A stretch of 64,000 nucleotides of DNA from Fimicolochytrium jonesii (Eukaryota), in NCBI RefSeq assembly GCF_025526975.1, contig NW_026515685.1, forward strand, positions 62,001 through 126,000, written 5' to 3'. Below, in pieces: positions 11,720-23,980 of this stretch (its first letter is position 1; the number at the start of each line of letters is the position of its first letter). The position numbers and the translations under genes are program-made. The notes below the pieces were generated by a model. It saw nothing but the letters and a program-made list of their open reading frames with translations. It searched no databases and was not told the DNA's origin.

Positions 11720-12588
11720 ATGTCCTCCGCCTACGGCGCCATCCCCCCACCCCCCGCGACCACTCCCCTCCCCCTCCCGCACTCTTTCATCCTCCGCAAC
11801 GGCACCTTCGCCATTCTCACATCCTTCAATCCAACCTCAGATTCCCACCTCCTCCCCGTCCTGCGCGGCTTACTGAACGCAGAGATCGAGAAGGGAGACA
11901 CCTACCCGCAGGAGCAGGTGCTGCAGGAAGCGGAGTTTGAAGCCTACTTCTGTAGCGGAACCGTGTTTCTGGCTAGGGTTGCGGGCGAGGGGGGGGATGT
12001 CATTGGGTGCTTTTACGTCAAGGTGGGTTGGGCAAATGCGCGGCTCAATTTGCGCTGACCCAAGTCGAGGGGAAATTGCAATGGCAACTCATTCCCACGC
12101 TTTGCATGGTTCCCCCCCTGCCAGCCGAATTTCCCCGGCCGCTGCTCGCATATCTGCAACGCCGGGTTCATCGTCTCCCCCAGCTACCGCAACCTCGGCG
12201 TCGGGCGCGCGCTCGCGGAGCTGTTCCTCGTCGTGGCGCCCAAGCTGGGTTACAAGGCCTCTATGTTCAATCTGGTACGTCCTTTTATTCTCTCACCCGC
12301 ATGTATGTGTGATGGTAGGGAGGAGGGTGGAGGGTTTGACCCCGTTTTTGGTATTAGGTGTTTGAAAGCAACACGCCCTCGATCCGCCTCTGGCGCTCGC
12401 TCGGGTTCCGTGAGATTGGACGGATTCCCAGGGCCGGGAGGTTACGGCTTCCCGTTGGGAATTCCACGACGACCTCCGAGGTGGAGTCTGGAACAACGAC
12501 CGCGGGTGGGGTGGGCGAGGTGCAGGAGACGTATGTGGACGCGTTGATGTTTTATTATGATTTTGCGGATTTAGAGAGGGCGGCGTAG
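11720..12588 (+). CDS. MPR1: Mpr1-like GNAT N-acetyltransferase (L-azetidine-2-carboxylate acetyltransferase family)
   Basis: LNAEIEKGDTYPQ, FYVK|PNFPGRCSHICNAGF, LGYKASMFNL|VFESN..SIRLWRSLGF..IGRIPRAGRL; two short introns. Confidence 0.88.
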
Positions 12589-12994
12589 GAGCGGAGGATG
12601 GGACATGAGGGAGTCGGATTGGCGGATGGATACATGTCCCCAGGTTTAGGAAGACGTGGGAAGACGTTAGCGGGACAATTTGAGGTGTAACGATTTGCAA
12701 TGCGGCGTAGAACGAAACAGGCACAGTAGAGCAACTATGGTGGCGATATCCCCGGGGCCTAGTCGCAGCTCACATCCGATAGCGGGCAGGAAAACGTACA
12801 TATATATATTTCGGGATCCTCCACCTGGCCGTGCACGAACACCGGGGCTACCCTACATAGCGAGCAGTGAACCACAGCGGTCTGCATCTTTCTCGATTAG
12901 CCCTGGGTATACCATCCTGATTCAGCGCCCCTACTCGCTTCACATGATTGCGGTGTCCCTGCCGCGCAACCACACTTGGAGGGGACGCCCTCCC

Positions 12995-15234
12995 TCACAA
13001 ATAGACCCTCCTCAAATCCGCCGGCGCCGTGATCTTCTGACACTGCGGGCATAGGCGTTTCGTGCCTAGGGTCCTGAACCAGCATCTAGCAACCACAACA
13101 AGCTCCATGTAAGTCCAAGTGACATGACCATGAACGGGGATACAGCATGAGGAACTGGGATATGATTCAACGTACTGTTCGCAATGCACATGCCAGCACA
13201 CGATGGAGACCAGCGGGTCGGTGTAGGGGTCGAGGCAGATGAGGCATTTGGGGGAGGTTGATGAGAGGCGTTCCTAAAGCGGAAGTATGGTGAGGAGGGG
13301 GGTGTTGGAATGTCGTGCGTTTTTCTGAAAGGGTGTGGAACATGACACGTACCAGATCGCGGATCCGGGATTTGAGGGCGTCGATGACGAGTTTTGTGTC
13401 TGACGAGGAGGAGGGTGGATGGTCGGTGGATGGATCTAAGGCGGAACAATGGGCAGGTGTTGAGCAACAAGCACGGCCGGCGTGCGTGGGGACACCGAGG
13501 TAAAGAAACCACTCACATGTATCGCGACTGTCCCCGACGGTCCCGGGCTGTGCATCCGCATTCGCCCCGGGGTCGATGTCGTCGGTGCTGCGAAACGGAT
13601 CCAGGTGCTGTTCGCCGAACTGCGTCTGTCCAAACTCGTCGGTGCCGTCGTCGTCGATGTCGATCTCTTCGTCGGTGTCTTGTTCGGCGGGTTTGCGGAC
13701 TGTGAAGCCGCTGGCTGGAGAAACAAGTAACGGTGGGGTTAGCTTGAGCGCAGAGCTGGTATAAACTTCCTGTGACGAGGTACCCTACCTGCAAACCCGC
13801 CCTCCAGCATCGCCGACGCACGCACACGGGTCTGGCCCGCCCACGTATACTCCTCCCACTGTTCGCCGCTCCCACCCTGGTCAATCGCGGGTACATTTAA
13901 CCCCGACGACGACGACGCGCCGGCCGCCGCGTTCTTCTGCGCTTCCAGACACTCATCGATATGTCTGTTTAGCGCCTCGGCTTCGAGTGGTAGAGGTTGA
14001 TCGCACATGAAGCACCGGCCGCTGTCCCCGTCCCCGCCATCTCCTACGCCACTGTTGTTGTTGTTGTTGGTGCCTCGCCGCTTATGGGACGTGGGTTTGG
14101 CGCCGACTCCGAGCTCGGCTTTCCGTTTGAGGTTGTTGGCGCGGAGTGTGTACAGCAGCTACTGGGGTAAGGGAGCAGACACAAGGAATTCAGTTGTTTG
14201 AAGCGCGATAGTTGGGGGGGATGTGAAGAAATTTGGACGCACCATCTCGTCCTCATCCAACTGATTCAGTGCATTGGACGCCAATGCTGCGGCTTTTCCT
14301 TTCGTCACCGAGGCGATCTGCTGCGCGGCTGCCAGCGCCGCGCCTCTTCGGACCCTTGACGGCCTGGAAAACGATAAATTGATTCATCAGAACTATCAAC
14401 CATCAGCCATTGACCATCCAACTATCACCCATCCACCGTCGAAGTCAACCATCCACCATCAACCATCCACCAGCGCGTAAGCCCAGATCGCTCCCTTCCG
14501 TCGCAGCTCGCAGACGCTCGCTAATACATGGGAGTAAAGGCAGTATCGCGCGCTTGGTGCAATGTGGCTCGCTCCGCTCGCATTGGCTCTGGTCGACCTC
14601 GGTAACGCTAGGTCTCCCAGAGCGCATCAATCCCAAGCGTCCCTTCACCTCGCTGCGCTCGCCGCAGTCCGACTTCGCTATCGTCGGGGGGAATTCCACG
14701 CATCATCCCCCGTGTAGGATGTATGTAGATCACACCTTCCCCTCGTTTCGCTCGCGGCTCGCCTCGCTCGCGATCCATCCATCCCCCGGACCTAAAAGCC
14801 CACCCATTCGTTCATCCCCAACACCCACCCCGTGGCATCCTCTACAGCCTGCTGTACCGTTTGTCCGTCGGCTACACGCCGCAGTTCGAGTTCGCAGTGG
14901 GTGGCGAGGTCGCTGAGGGATAGTGAGAAACCGCAGAGTGGGCACGGTTGGCGGCGGGTGTCTTTTGGAGGGCGCGGACGTGGTTAGGAGGACTGCATGA
15001 GGGTGTTGATATCATGTGGCGTAACTTACCTACCTGAAGGTGAAAAAGGCTGGTGGGGTTCTTTTCCATTCCTGTGCATTCAAGACGGTGAGTACACGTA
15101 ATAGGACAATTGTCCAGCGAAAATGGCGCTTACGTCGGAGTGTTGTGGGCGGGTGCTGGGCGAGGGATACTGTTGAGAGTCGTGGGTCCTTCTGTTCCTG
15201 TCCACGGCGTTGCCAGTGCTGGTTCTTTGGGCAT
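12995..15234 (-). CDS. RNF220: RNF220-like RING E3 ubiquitin ligase
   Basis: UBZ-like CPLC..HCELEL exon (14961-14829); RNF220 signature EEYTWAGQTRVRASAML; C-terminal RING CLICLDPY..CWHVHCEQCW..LCPQCQKITAPADLRRVYL. Confidence 0.88.
14364..14828 (-). other. 465-nt intron carrying five GCGAGC-loop-GCGAG(C)-type hairpin motifs and a (GATGGTT)-like tract
   Basis: Sense: GCGAGC-GAG-GCGAGC (14771..14757), GCGAGC-GAA-ACGAG (14755..14742), GCGAGC-GCA-GCGAG (14662..14649), GCGAGC-GGA-GCGAGC (14581..14567), GCGAGC-GTCT-GCGAGC (14521..14506). Confidence 0.8.
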
Positions 15235-15549
15235 ATCTCTGTGTGTATGTCTTTGTGTTGGCTGGGTTCCTCCCCTTCTAGTGCGAATTCACAGCAGGAG
15301 GGAAAGAACACCTCCGCCTCGTTCGGACGCGCCGTGGAATGTCACACTTGCCTCTATTCCCTTGGTGTTCGCTTAGGACACACATACCCTTGGAGGCCGC
15401 CGTCTATCCTCTCTCTTATTTATATCAGGTGCCCTCTCTTGCTCTCGGACCACCGCACGGATGAGCTTTGACATCGCAGCTGCATCGTAGGAGGACAGCA
15501 TCGCACGCGTGGGTTTTTGGACAGGTCGCTACCTCCACAAAAAAGGGAA

Positions 15550-18500
15550 ATGACAACAGGGTTCACCAACTCGCCTGGAATGGCACCAGCAACGGCGACC
15601 GCAGACCCAAGCATGCAAAGCTTCATGGACTCGCTTTCTCGCGACCTGGACGAAGCCGGAGAGTCCGCTCTCAAACAGCTTGAAGGCGCGGGCGACGGCG
15701 GCCATCTCGTGCGTCCAACGCGCGCGCGTGCGCAGAAGAACGTCCATAGCAGCCAAAGCGCAATAGACCTGCCCAGCTTCGAATTGTCCACCTCCTCCGA
15801 AAACACAGCCAGTATCAGCGTGCTGCAGATGCCGCCCGGTTTCTTGTCGCAGACCGAAAACGACTTACGCAGGGAGTTGGACGAGATCTCGGGGCCGTCG
15901 TTTTTGGGCGAGGTGGAGGATTTTGACAAGGATGCTCCGAGGATAGCTGATCAGCACACGGCCGAGCGACGGGCGTCGCCACAGATACATGGCGATTCGA
16001 AGCATGAACTCTCCTTGGCGGATGATTCGATGCTCCCTCATGTTAGCGCCGATAATCGAGAATCCGCGAACCACGGGGATGAGCCGGCGGATCAGAGCAT
16101 AGATCGCGGGCAGGCGATGGGGAACCTTGACCCGAGCGGCATAGGTACTGGAGGCGACTTTAGCCTCTCCTTCGACGCCAATCCAGACGTTCCGCAAGTG
16201 CCGTCATTATCGACCATTCGCGATACCACGGGCGTGCGCAGAGCCGGCGGATTGGAAACCACGGTCACGGCTGAAGCGTACGATTACGAGGAAACGGGAC
16301 CCAGCACAAGCGATGTGGGCAGACTCGCGAATACAGGAGCCGATGGCGCGTACGAACCCACAGAGGTGTTTGCAGACACCGGGTCTTCCGTGCCGGCGGC
16401 GGATGCCCCTGTAGCGGACGCCACAATACCGGTTGAACCCTTGGACGATTCGCTATTCGATAGGCTGGAAAAGTTTATAGCGCGAGAGGAGGAGCAGTTG
16501 AAGCGTTTGGATATAGAGCTCCAAGCTGAAAGCGAAGGCGCGTCGTTTCAGTTATTCACCGGAGTGCAACCCGACAATGGTCTCGTCCACACTGGTGGGG
16601 CTCAGGAGGAAGCCACCTTCACCCAATTGATACCCAACTCCCAGCCCCGCCAGTGGTTTTCAGAATCCAAGATCGCCGACGAAGGCTTCCTGTACAATAC
16701 CCCAACCACCTACACCAACAACACGGCGGATTCTAACAACGGTGGAAGTAGCAACAACAACAAGAGTGATCGTAGCCCTGGCAACAAACCTAATCTAACT
16801 ATGAGACCAAGCAGCGCCCGCTCATCGCCCGCCATATCCTATACAGGCCCGTTCAAATCAATCATGGACGAATCAGAAGCAGAGGACGAGGAAAGTCTGC
16901 CGCTCGACCCGGCGTCCCCCTACCCTGAACGGCGGTCTCCTTCGCCTACCCCGCATTCGCCGCTACGGCCTACCACCGGCGACGAACGCCACCAACTCGC
17001 AGATTCACCATACGCGGACCTGCGTTCCCCTTCCCCCACCTCGCACTCGCCCTTCCACCCACCCACCACCGACGACGAACGCCATCGACCCGAAACAGAA
17101 GACGAAACAGATGATTCCTCACCCACCTTGTCGTTCAAGTACGCGTCGGATCTGGTGATCAAAGGCCACAGGATGCCGACGCCGACGACGGCCGAGTCTG
17201 AACTGGATTTCGGCAGCGAAGACGAGGATGAGGATAGCAGTGGTGCTGAAGGGGAGTACGGGAACGTGTTGGACGCCGCGGAGAGTTTTCAGGGTGTGCG
17301 GTCGCCGTTGCCCGAGCCGCGGGAGAGCGAGCAGGTCTTTAAGGGCGATGCGTTTGAGGAGGCTTTCTTCCGGGAACAGTCGGGAGGGGAACGCGATTTC
17401 GACGCGGAACGCAGCGAGGAGGTGTATAGGAGGGACGAAAAACCGATCGAGGACGACCAAAGCTTCCGAGACGACATCTGGCTCGGCGCAGCCCGCAGCA
17501 TGCCCGAGCGGTCCCAGTCCCAGACGCGCTCGCAATCCCTCTCACCCCAACGCGCACCGCCTCGCTCCAGCCCGTCTACGCGGGACCAAGACATATATAT
17601 ACCCACCCACGACCTGGAACACGACAACCAAGCCCCTCGGCAACACCCGCCGCCCCGCCTCCCCTCACCCTTCGCAGCCATGACCGACAACGACGATACC
17701 CCGCCCTCCGCTCTGTCTGTGGACCTTCAACCCCCGACGCCTGCACCACGGTCGTTCACGAGGGCGCCGCCGAGGTCTCCGCCTACACAACCCCCGGAGC
17801 AGCAGCAGCAGCACCCCCTCCCACCCTACCTCAAATTCTCGTTCAACGCGGGACCGGAGTTCAGCGATACGTTTACGACTATGCAGGATGCTACGGATAC
17901 CATGCACACCGTCGCGTCGGCCGCGGTGCATCCTACCCTCCTCACCCACCAACCCCAACGCGCGAACCTCACCCCCGTCACCGCAAAGCCAGTAGTGGAC
18001 GCCCTCCGCGTCCTGCAATCGAAAGTCGGCAAACTGGAATCCGAAAAAGCGGTCGCGAAGGAGCGTATCCGGGATCTGGAGGGGGAGCTTGGCCGTGCCC
18101 GAGGCGCGGTGTTGATGGAGCAGGCGACCCGATTGAGGGAGAGTCAGTTGCGGGAGAGTCAGTTGAGGGGGGAGGTGGGTGTGCGTGGGGGGAGGTGGGC
18201 ACGTGAACGGGAACGGGAACGGGAGAGCGAACGGAGGGATGCAGAGACGCAGGTTAGCGGGGAGGAAGACGTCGGTGCGGGACCGGCCGTATCACCTCGA
18301 CGGACCGCCACACGTGATCCGCCCACAGTATCGCCGCCCCAACCAACGCACAGCCACCAGCATCAACAACCGACGGACGAAGACCTCGCCCTCCGGCGCG
18401 AGCGCGACCTCGCCCTGCAGAAACTGCACGACTCGCTCACTGAAGTCGCCCTCCTGCGCCGCGAGGTTGCCCTGAGGGACAGGGAGATTGAGCGGACGAA

Positions 18501-21223
18501 ACGGGAGGCGGATGTGATTGTGAGGAGTCTGAGCAGTGCCGTGGGTGTTGCTGCTGCCAGTGCTGGGGGAACTGGTCGCGTCGCGCATCCCCCGCCAGCT
18601 GCACATTCCGCACCATCTACACACCAGGACCAAGCGGACATGTCGTGGGCGTCGACGTCCGGGGGGAGGTTGTCGTATGCGAATGTGCCGGAGGTTGCGG
18701 GCGGGTCGAAAGAAAGGCGCGCGGAGGTGGCGAGAGAGGGGTCACCGGCACCGGCGCGGAAGAAAGGTGGCCCTACTTCGTCACCGACCAGGACCACGGG
18801 TGAGGGAGCGACGAAGAGAGCTGAATCGCGATCCTCTGGGAGATCCGATGATGAGGGGAAGGACAAGGGCAAAGCTGCTGCGTCTCCGGGGAAGGTCTCG
18901 TCTCCAGCCCCATCGGCCCCGCGGAAAGAAGGGAACACGAAATCGTCCCCTGTCCAATCCCAAGCCCCACCACCAAGAACCTCCACACCCCCGGCTGCTC
19001 CATCATCTCCCTTGCGTGACACCGCACAACAACCCAAATCCAGCCGCAAATCACCACCACGCAACGAAGTGAAAAGCCCCGCCCGCGCTGAAAAAGATCC
19101 GGTTGCACCCAAAGATGACAAGGAGGATGCTGAGGAGGATGGTGAGAACCCCGCAACAACGACCTCCTTCCTCCTCCGCGACGAGATCCGCGCGCTGAGA
19201 GAGGAGATTGAACGGGGACGGCGGAGGGACCGGGAGGCAAACGGTGGTGAGGGTGAACGGAGTGGGCGGGCGGACGAGACTGCGGGCCGGAAAAGCGAGC
19301 GCGAGCTGCTTAAGAGATCTGCCGGTGGGGTTAGTGACGCAGCGAAGCCTCCACCACCACCAGCATCAACGCTGCACCCGAACATGATCACGAAAGACCG
19401 CCTGCGCCGTCTGATTGTCAATAAACTGCTTGAGAAGGAACGTAACCGGGTCAAAACGGATGAGGACGAGACGGGTACGAAGGTGATGTGGAAACGCGTC
19501 GATGCGGGCGGTGCTGTGGGTGCGGATAGGGTGGGGCAACACCGACGGGCGCGGAAGGATATGCAAAGTGAGCACCGATCTGCGGATGAAAGGACGACGA
19601 CAGCGACGCGGCCACGGTCCGCGGATCGTCAACGTCGTATCCACGAAGCCGGCCGCGCCGCCGCCGAAGTCCGCGCGCGGTCCGTCGGTGGTGCCGGGAA
19701 ACGCGCGTCCCCAACAGCCCCACAAGGCGACGACCGCGCTGCAAAGCTGCACCGGGAAACTAGAGGCAAGCCGGCGAGGACAGCGGCCACCGATACCACC
19801 ACCACCTCGCGGCGACACCAGTTGCAGCAGCATACCCAGGCGATCTTACATCAGCAAAAGGAAAAGCAGCAGCAGAGGAGTGTGAAGACGCAGACGGGGG
19901 AGGCGAGGACGGAGCCGAGGACGGAGCGGGGTGGTGGTGTGGCCGCGACGAGCAGCGCCAGTAGGAGGAGGGACAGGGCGGATCCGGCGGGAGGACCGGC
20001 GGGGACTAGGCTGTTTATGGAGATGCCGTTTGTGGTTGGGAAGGTAAGCTTCTCATTCGCGTGGGGGTGTTTGTGATTGTTATCTGAGGAGCCTTCTGTG
20101 GAAACATGATCATGCATGGTATGCTCACTGGTTCCCTCCCCCCAGTCCGCGACAAAATCCTACTCAGTAACCGCCAACCTCCAACAAGTCCTCTCCCTCC
20201 TCAAAGCGCACAACCCCTCCCTCTGCTCCGTCTGCTCCTCGCGCCGCACGCATGGTCTCGTGCACTCGCACCCACCGCACACACGGCGCCCACCGCGGGA
20301 CCCGAAACACGACGGCCCGCTCGAGCGGCACCAGCACGCCGCGCTGGCGCATAGCGGGTTCTTTGGCGCGCGGCTTGGGGACGGGTTGGCGCGGGGGCCA
20401 GCCTCGACACGAAGTAGACGCACGGGGGGTGAAAAGACGAAACGCACGACGGATGAAGATGGAGATGGGGACGAGTTTGATGACCATGCGTCATTCCATG
20501 GGGACGTGCTGGACACGGCTGCGGCGGTGGCGTTGGCGGCTGCGACTGTTGGCGCGGCGAGGACGAGGTCGTTGACGAGGAAGGGTGGGGATCGGGAGAG
20601 GGAGAGGGAGAGGGGTGAGAGGAGGGGCGGGAAGGCGGCGGAACAGGGTCAGGGTCAGGATTCGCGGCGAGGCACGCGTGGGGACGTGGACCGTGGTCGC
20701 CGCACGCACGAGCGGGATGATGGCATGACGACGCTGGAGCGGGTGCTGGCGGTGCTGGAAGACGAGTTCCAGGATCTGAAACGGTATGTCATGTTCTTCC
20801 CTTTCGTGGTGATTAGTCTGGTGGGGTGCCCATTCGTGCGAACCCTTGATGAAGGGGACCGTGTTCATTACCTCCCTCTCACCCAATCATCCACCCTGTA
20901 GCCACTACCACACCCTCGTCCGCCACTACGAATCCGTCGCCTCCCGCACCACCTCCTCTCCCACCGACCCCATCGATGCGTACACCCTGCATCACGCCTC
21001 GACCTCCTCGCACACCACCGCAACAACTACCACCACAGCCCTCCGCAGCCTCGGCGACGACCTGCGCCACGTCATCCGCGCCATGGACACCAAAGGCGAC
21101 CAGATTGCGATACTGAGGGAGATCCTGAGGGGGTTTGGCAGGGTTGTTGGGAATGCGGGTGGGAAGGGGACGGGGAACGGAAAGGGGAAGGTGGATCATG
21201 AGAGGGCTGCGGGGCGTGTCTAA
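15550..21223 (+). CDS. CEP57: Cep57/translokin-like centrosomal protein, very large and mostly disordered (3 exons)
   Basis: Coiled coil VVDALRVLQSKVGKLESEK; Cep57-type MPFVVGK|SATKSYSVTANLQQVLSLLKAHN; C-terminal MT-binding-like LEDEFQDLKR|HY...MDTKGDQIAIL. Confidence 0.8.
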
Positions 21224-21617
21224 TGTGAGGGGAACTGGGAGAGGAAGTAGGCCGCCCGTGTTCACGAGACGCGATTGAGCCCGGATTATACTGTATATCG
21301 TCCGGAATGGGGAGTTTACGGGGACCGGGGGGCTTCTGAAAAGGGCTTGTAAGCTCTATGTCACCTGTTTGTCTGCATGTGCAATGTTGCATGAGATTGT
21401 ACATATAAATACAGACAACGTCGCCAACCTCCTGTATGGCCCCTGAAACCTGACTTCCGGAGGGAGTGCGGTGGGGGCACCAAGTCCTTCCTAATCTACT
21501 TACTGTAAGCTACATAAACGCTGGCTGTGTGATATTAAAGAGCTGGCGTCGGGGTTCTATATATGTGTGCAACATATCGAGTCATATTACCGCACCGAAG
21601 TGACGAACTCCCTCTGA

Positions 21618-23416
21618 TCATTTCTTCCTCGTCAAAACAGCGTCGGTCAACTGTATCAGCGCCGAGCGGGCGGGTGTGTCCGGCAGCAGCGAGATGGCGT
21701 CGATGGCTTTTTGGCAGTAGGAGGCCGCGAGGGCGTGGGTGCGCGGGAGGCCGTCTGATTGGAAGACGAGTTCTAGTGCCTGGGAGGGAAAGAGCAAAAA
21801 ACTGTCAGAAACATGGCGAAGAATGTCATGTCACAGTATATATGACCTACCTTCTCAACATCCCCCTTCTCCGCAAAATTCCGCTCCATAAGCACATGCA
21901 GCTCTCCATACGTCTCTGCCGCAAACAGCACCGGCGCGGTCGCGAGTCCCAATTTCAGGTCCGCATTGACCGGTTTCCCAAACGCGTCGGCCGAGGTGGT
22001 GAAATCCAGCATATCGTCCACCAACTGGAACGCGATTCCCAGGTTCTTGCCGTACGCGTAACATGCGTCGACCACGTGGGGTGTGCAGCCGCCGAGGACG
22101 GCGGCGGCGCGGCAGGATTTGGCGATCAGGGAGGCGGTTTTGAGGTACGTTTTTTCGAGGTAGTAGTCGAATTTTTGGGCGAGGATTTCTTGCTGTTCGG
22201 GTGTTTGTTGGGACGTTGAGTTTGTTGAAGAAGGCGCGGGGAAGAGCGGATCCCGAATATGGCGATGAAACCACGACGTTCCCTTCTCCTGTTTACTACT
22301 ATTCAGCGCCGAGTTGCGCAACTGCATGAACTCGCCCTCGACGAGGTTTGAGATGACGGTGGCGAGGAGCTCGACGACCTCGACGTTTCGTAAGCGGGCG
22401 AGGGCCACCGATGCGCGGGCGAGCAGGAAGTCGCCGGCGAGGATGGCCATCTTATTTCCAAACTCGGCGTTGGCGGAGGGCGTGCTGCGGCGGGTCATCG
22501 CGAGGTCGATCACGTCGTCGTGGAGGAGCGAGGCGGTGTGGATCATTTCGGAGATTTCGGCGAGGCGGCGTTGGGTCGAGAGGATGTTGTTGTCGGGGAG
22601 ACTGCTGATGTCAGAGGGCCGTATCGTCTTTGTCTTTGCCTCGTCGAACCGTACCTCCCTGTCCATCGAACTCACGGGCACGTCCACATCCCCATCGTGC
22701 AACCTCGCCCGTTCCGCCGCGGCATCATACCCCTCCCGTTTCGGCGCCACACTCGTCGCCTGCGAGACCAGCAACACCACCATAGGCCGCACATGTTTCC
22801 CTCCCGCCGAGAAATAGTAGTTCGCAATCGTCGCCAGCACAGGATGTCCGGTCCCCAGCAACCGGCGCACATGTTCCGTCAACAGCGCCAGATCGTTGCC
22901 CAGGAGGTCACTGGGCTTGATCCGCTGGGTTCCGAGTGCTGGCGAGACGAGAGTCTCGCTCGCGGACATGGCCCGTGACCATTCGGGCGAGGTGGGGGTG
23001 GGTTTGGCCCCTATCCCTTCGGGGAGGGCTTGCGAGGCTGCGGCTTTGAGCGCGCTCACTGCTGCCTTGTCCCGCATTGCTGTCACTTTTTCGGTTATCC
23101 AACTGCTACTATTGCTGGAGGCATCTTTTCCTGACGACGCTGCTTCTGGTTCTGGTGAGGCCTGTGATTGTTGTAATCTCGTTGCCGTGCTAGAGTATTT
23201 CTGGTGCGAAGCCTGAAGTGTGCAAAAACGATTAGTCTCTACATCCACAAACCCTTGACCTCCTCCCTGTCTCGTAGATCAGCTAGATCACCCTATCTAC
23301 CATCTTGCCCGAACACCCAGCTATCTCCCCGAGGTCTGCAAACTCACCTTGAGAGGAAGGGTGGATGACCGCGGGCGCAAACCCCGCCGCGCCAATATTG
23401 GAACGGCGTGAAGCAT
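21618..23416 (-). CDS. COQ1: Polyprenyl diphosphate synthase (ubiquinone side chain)
   Basis: Arg-rich presequence MLHAVPILARRGLRPR; GGKHVRP, LLHDDVID..TRR (FARM), FQLVDDMLD (SARM), KTASL; introns 23347..23213 and 21850..21780. Confidence 0.95.
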
Positions 23417-23980
23417 CGGGTGGGTTGGGTTGGGTGGGGGGTGTGCAGGTGAAGAACGGGGAGGTTGTTGCAGACAGGGCGACCAGCTTCCGTTATGCGA
23501 GGCTCTATGTACGGTCTAAGACTCTATGCGCACAGGGGGGGCTTGTGCCAGCAGCGACAAGGTGCTCGTCGGAGAAAGGCTGCAAAGGGAGTCCAACAGC
23601 CTGCGCGTTCGGCAATTCCTCCCCTCTTTGCCGTGCGACCGCGGAATTCGCAAAACATTAACACTCTCGCATCCTTTCTTGCCCATATATAAAACAAGCC
23701 AATACATACACCATCCCCCTCCACTCTCCTCCGACTCCCTTCATCTACATACACATACATACATACATTGTATCCATGTCGGAGTATTCGGGGGTTGAGT
23801 TGCGGTTGACTATTGTGTGCCTTAGCCTACCTCCCTTCGCTCCCATCCCCTGGCCCCAACTGCGTTTCCATTTTCCCGTTTCGAACATAGTGTACATCGA
23901 CCTTTGTGGTTTTCTTCTGGGTCTTGGGGATGTATGGTTTCGATTTCTGAAAGGCGGCAGGGGTGGAGTTTCTCGGTTTC

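Noticed and set aside
15505..15510. ACGCGT (MCB-like) sites in divergent promoters (also ~52366)
   Set aside because: Single hexamers are expected by chance in GC-rich DNA.
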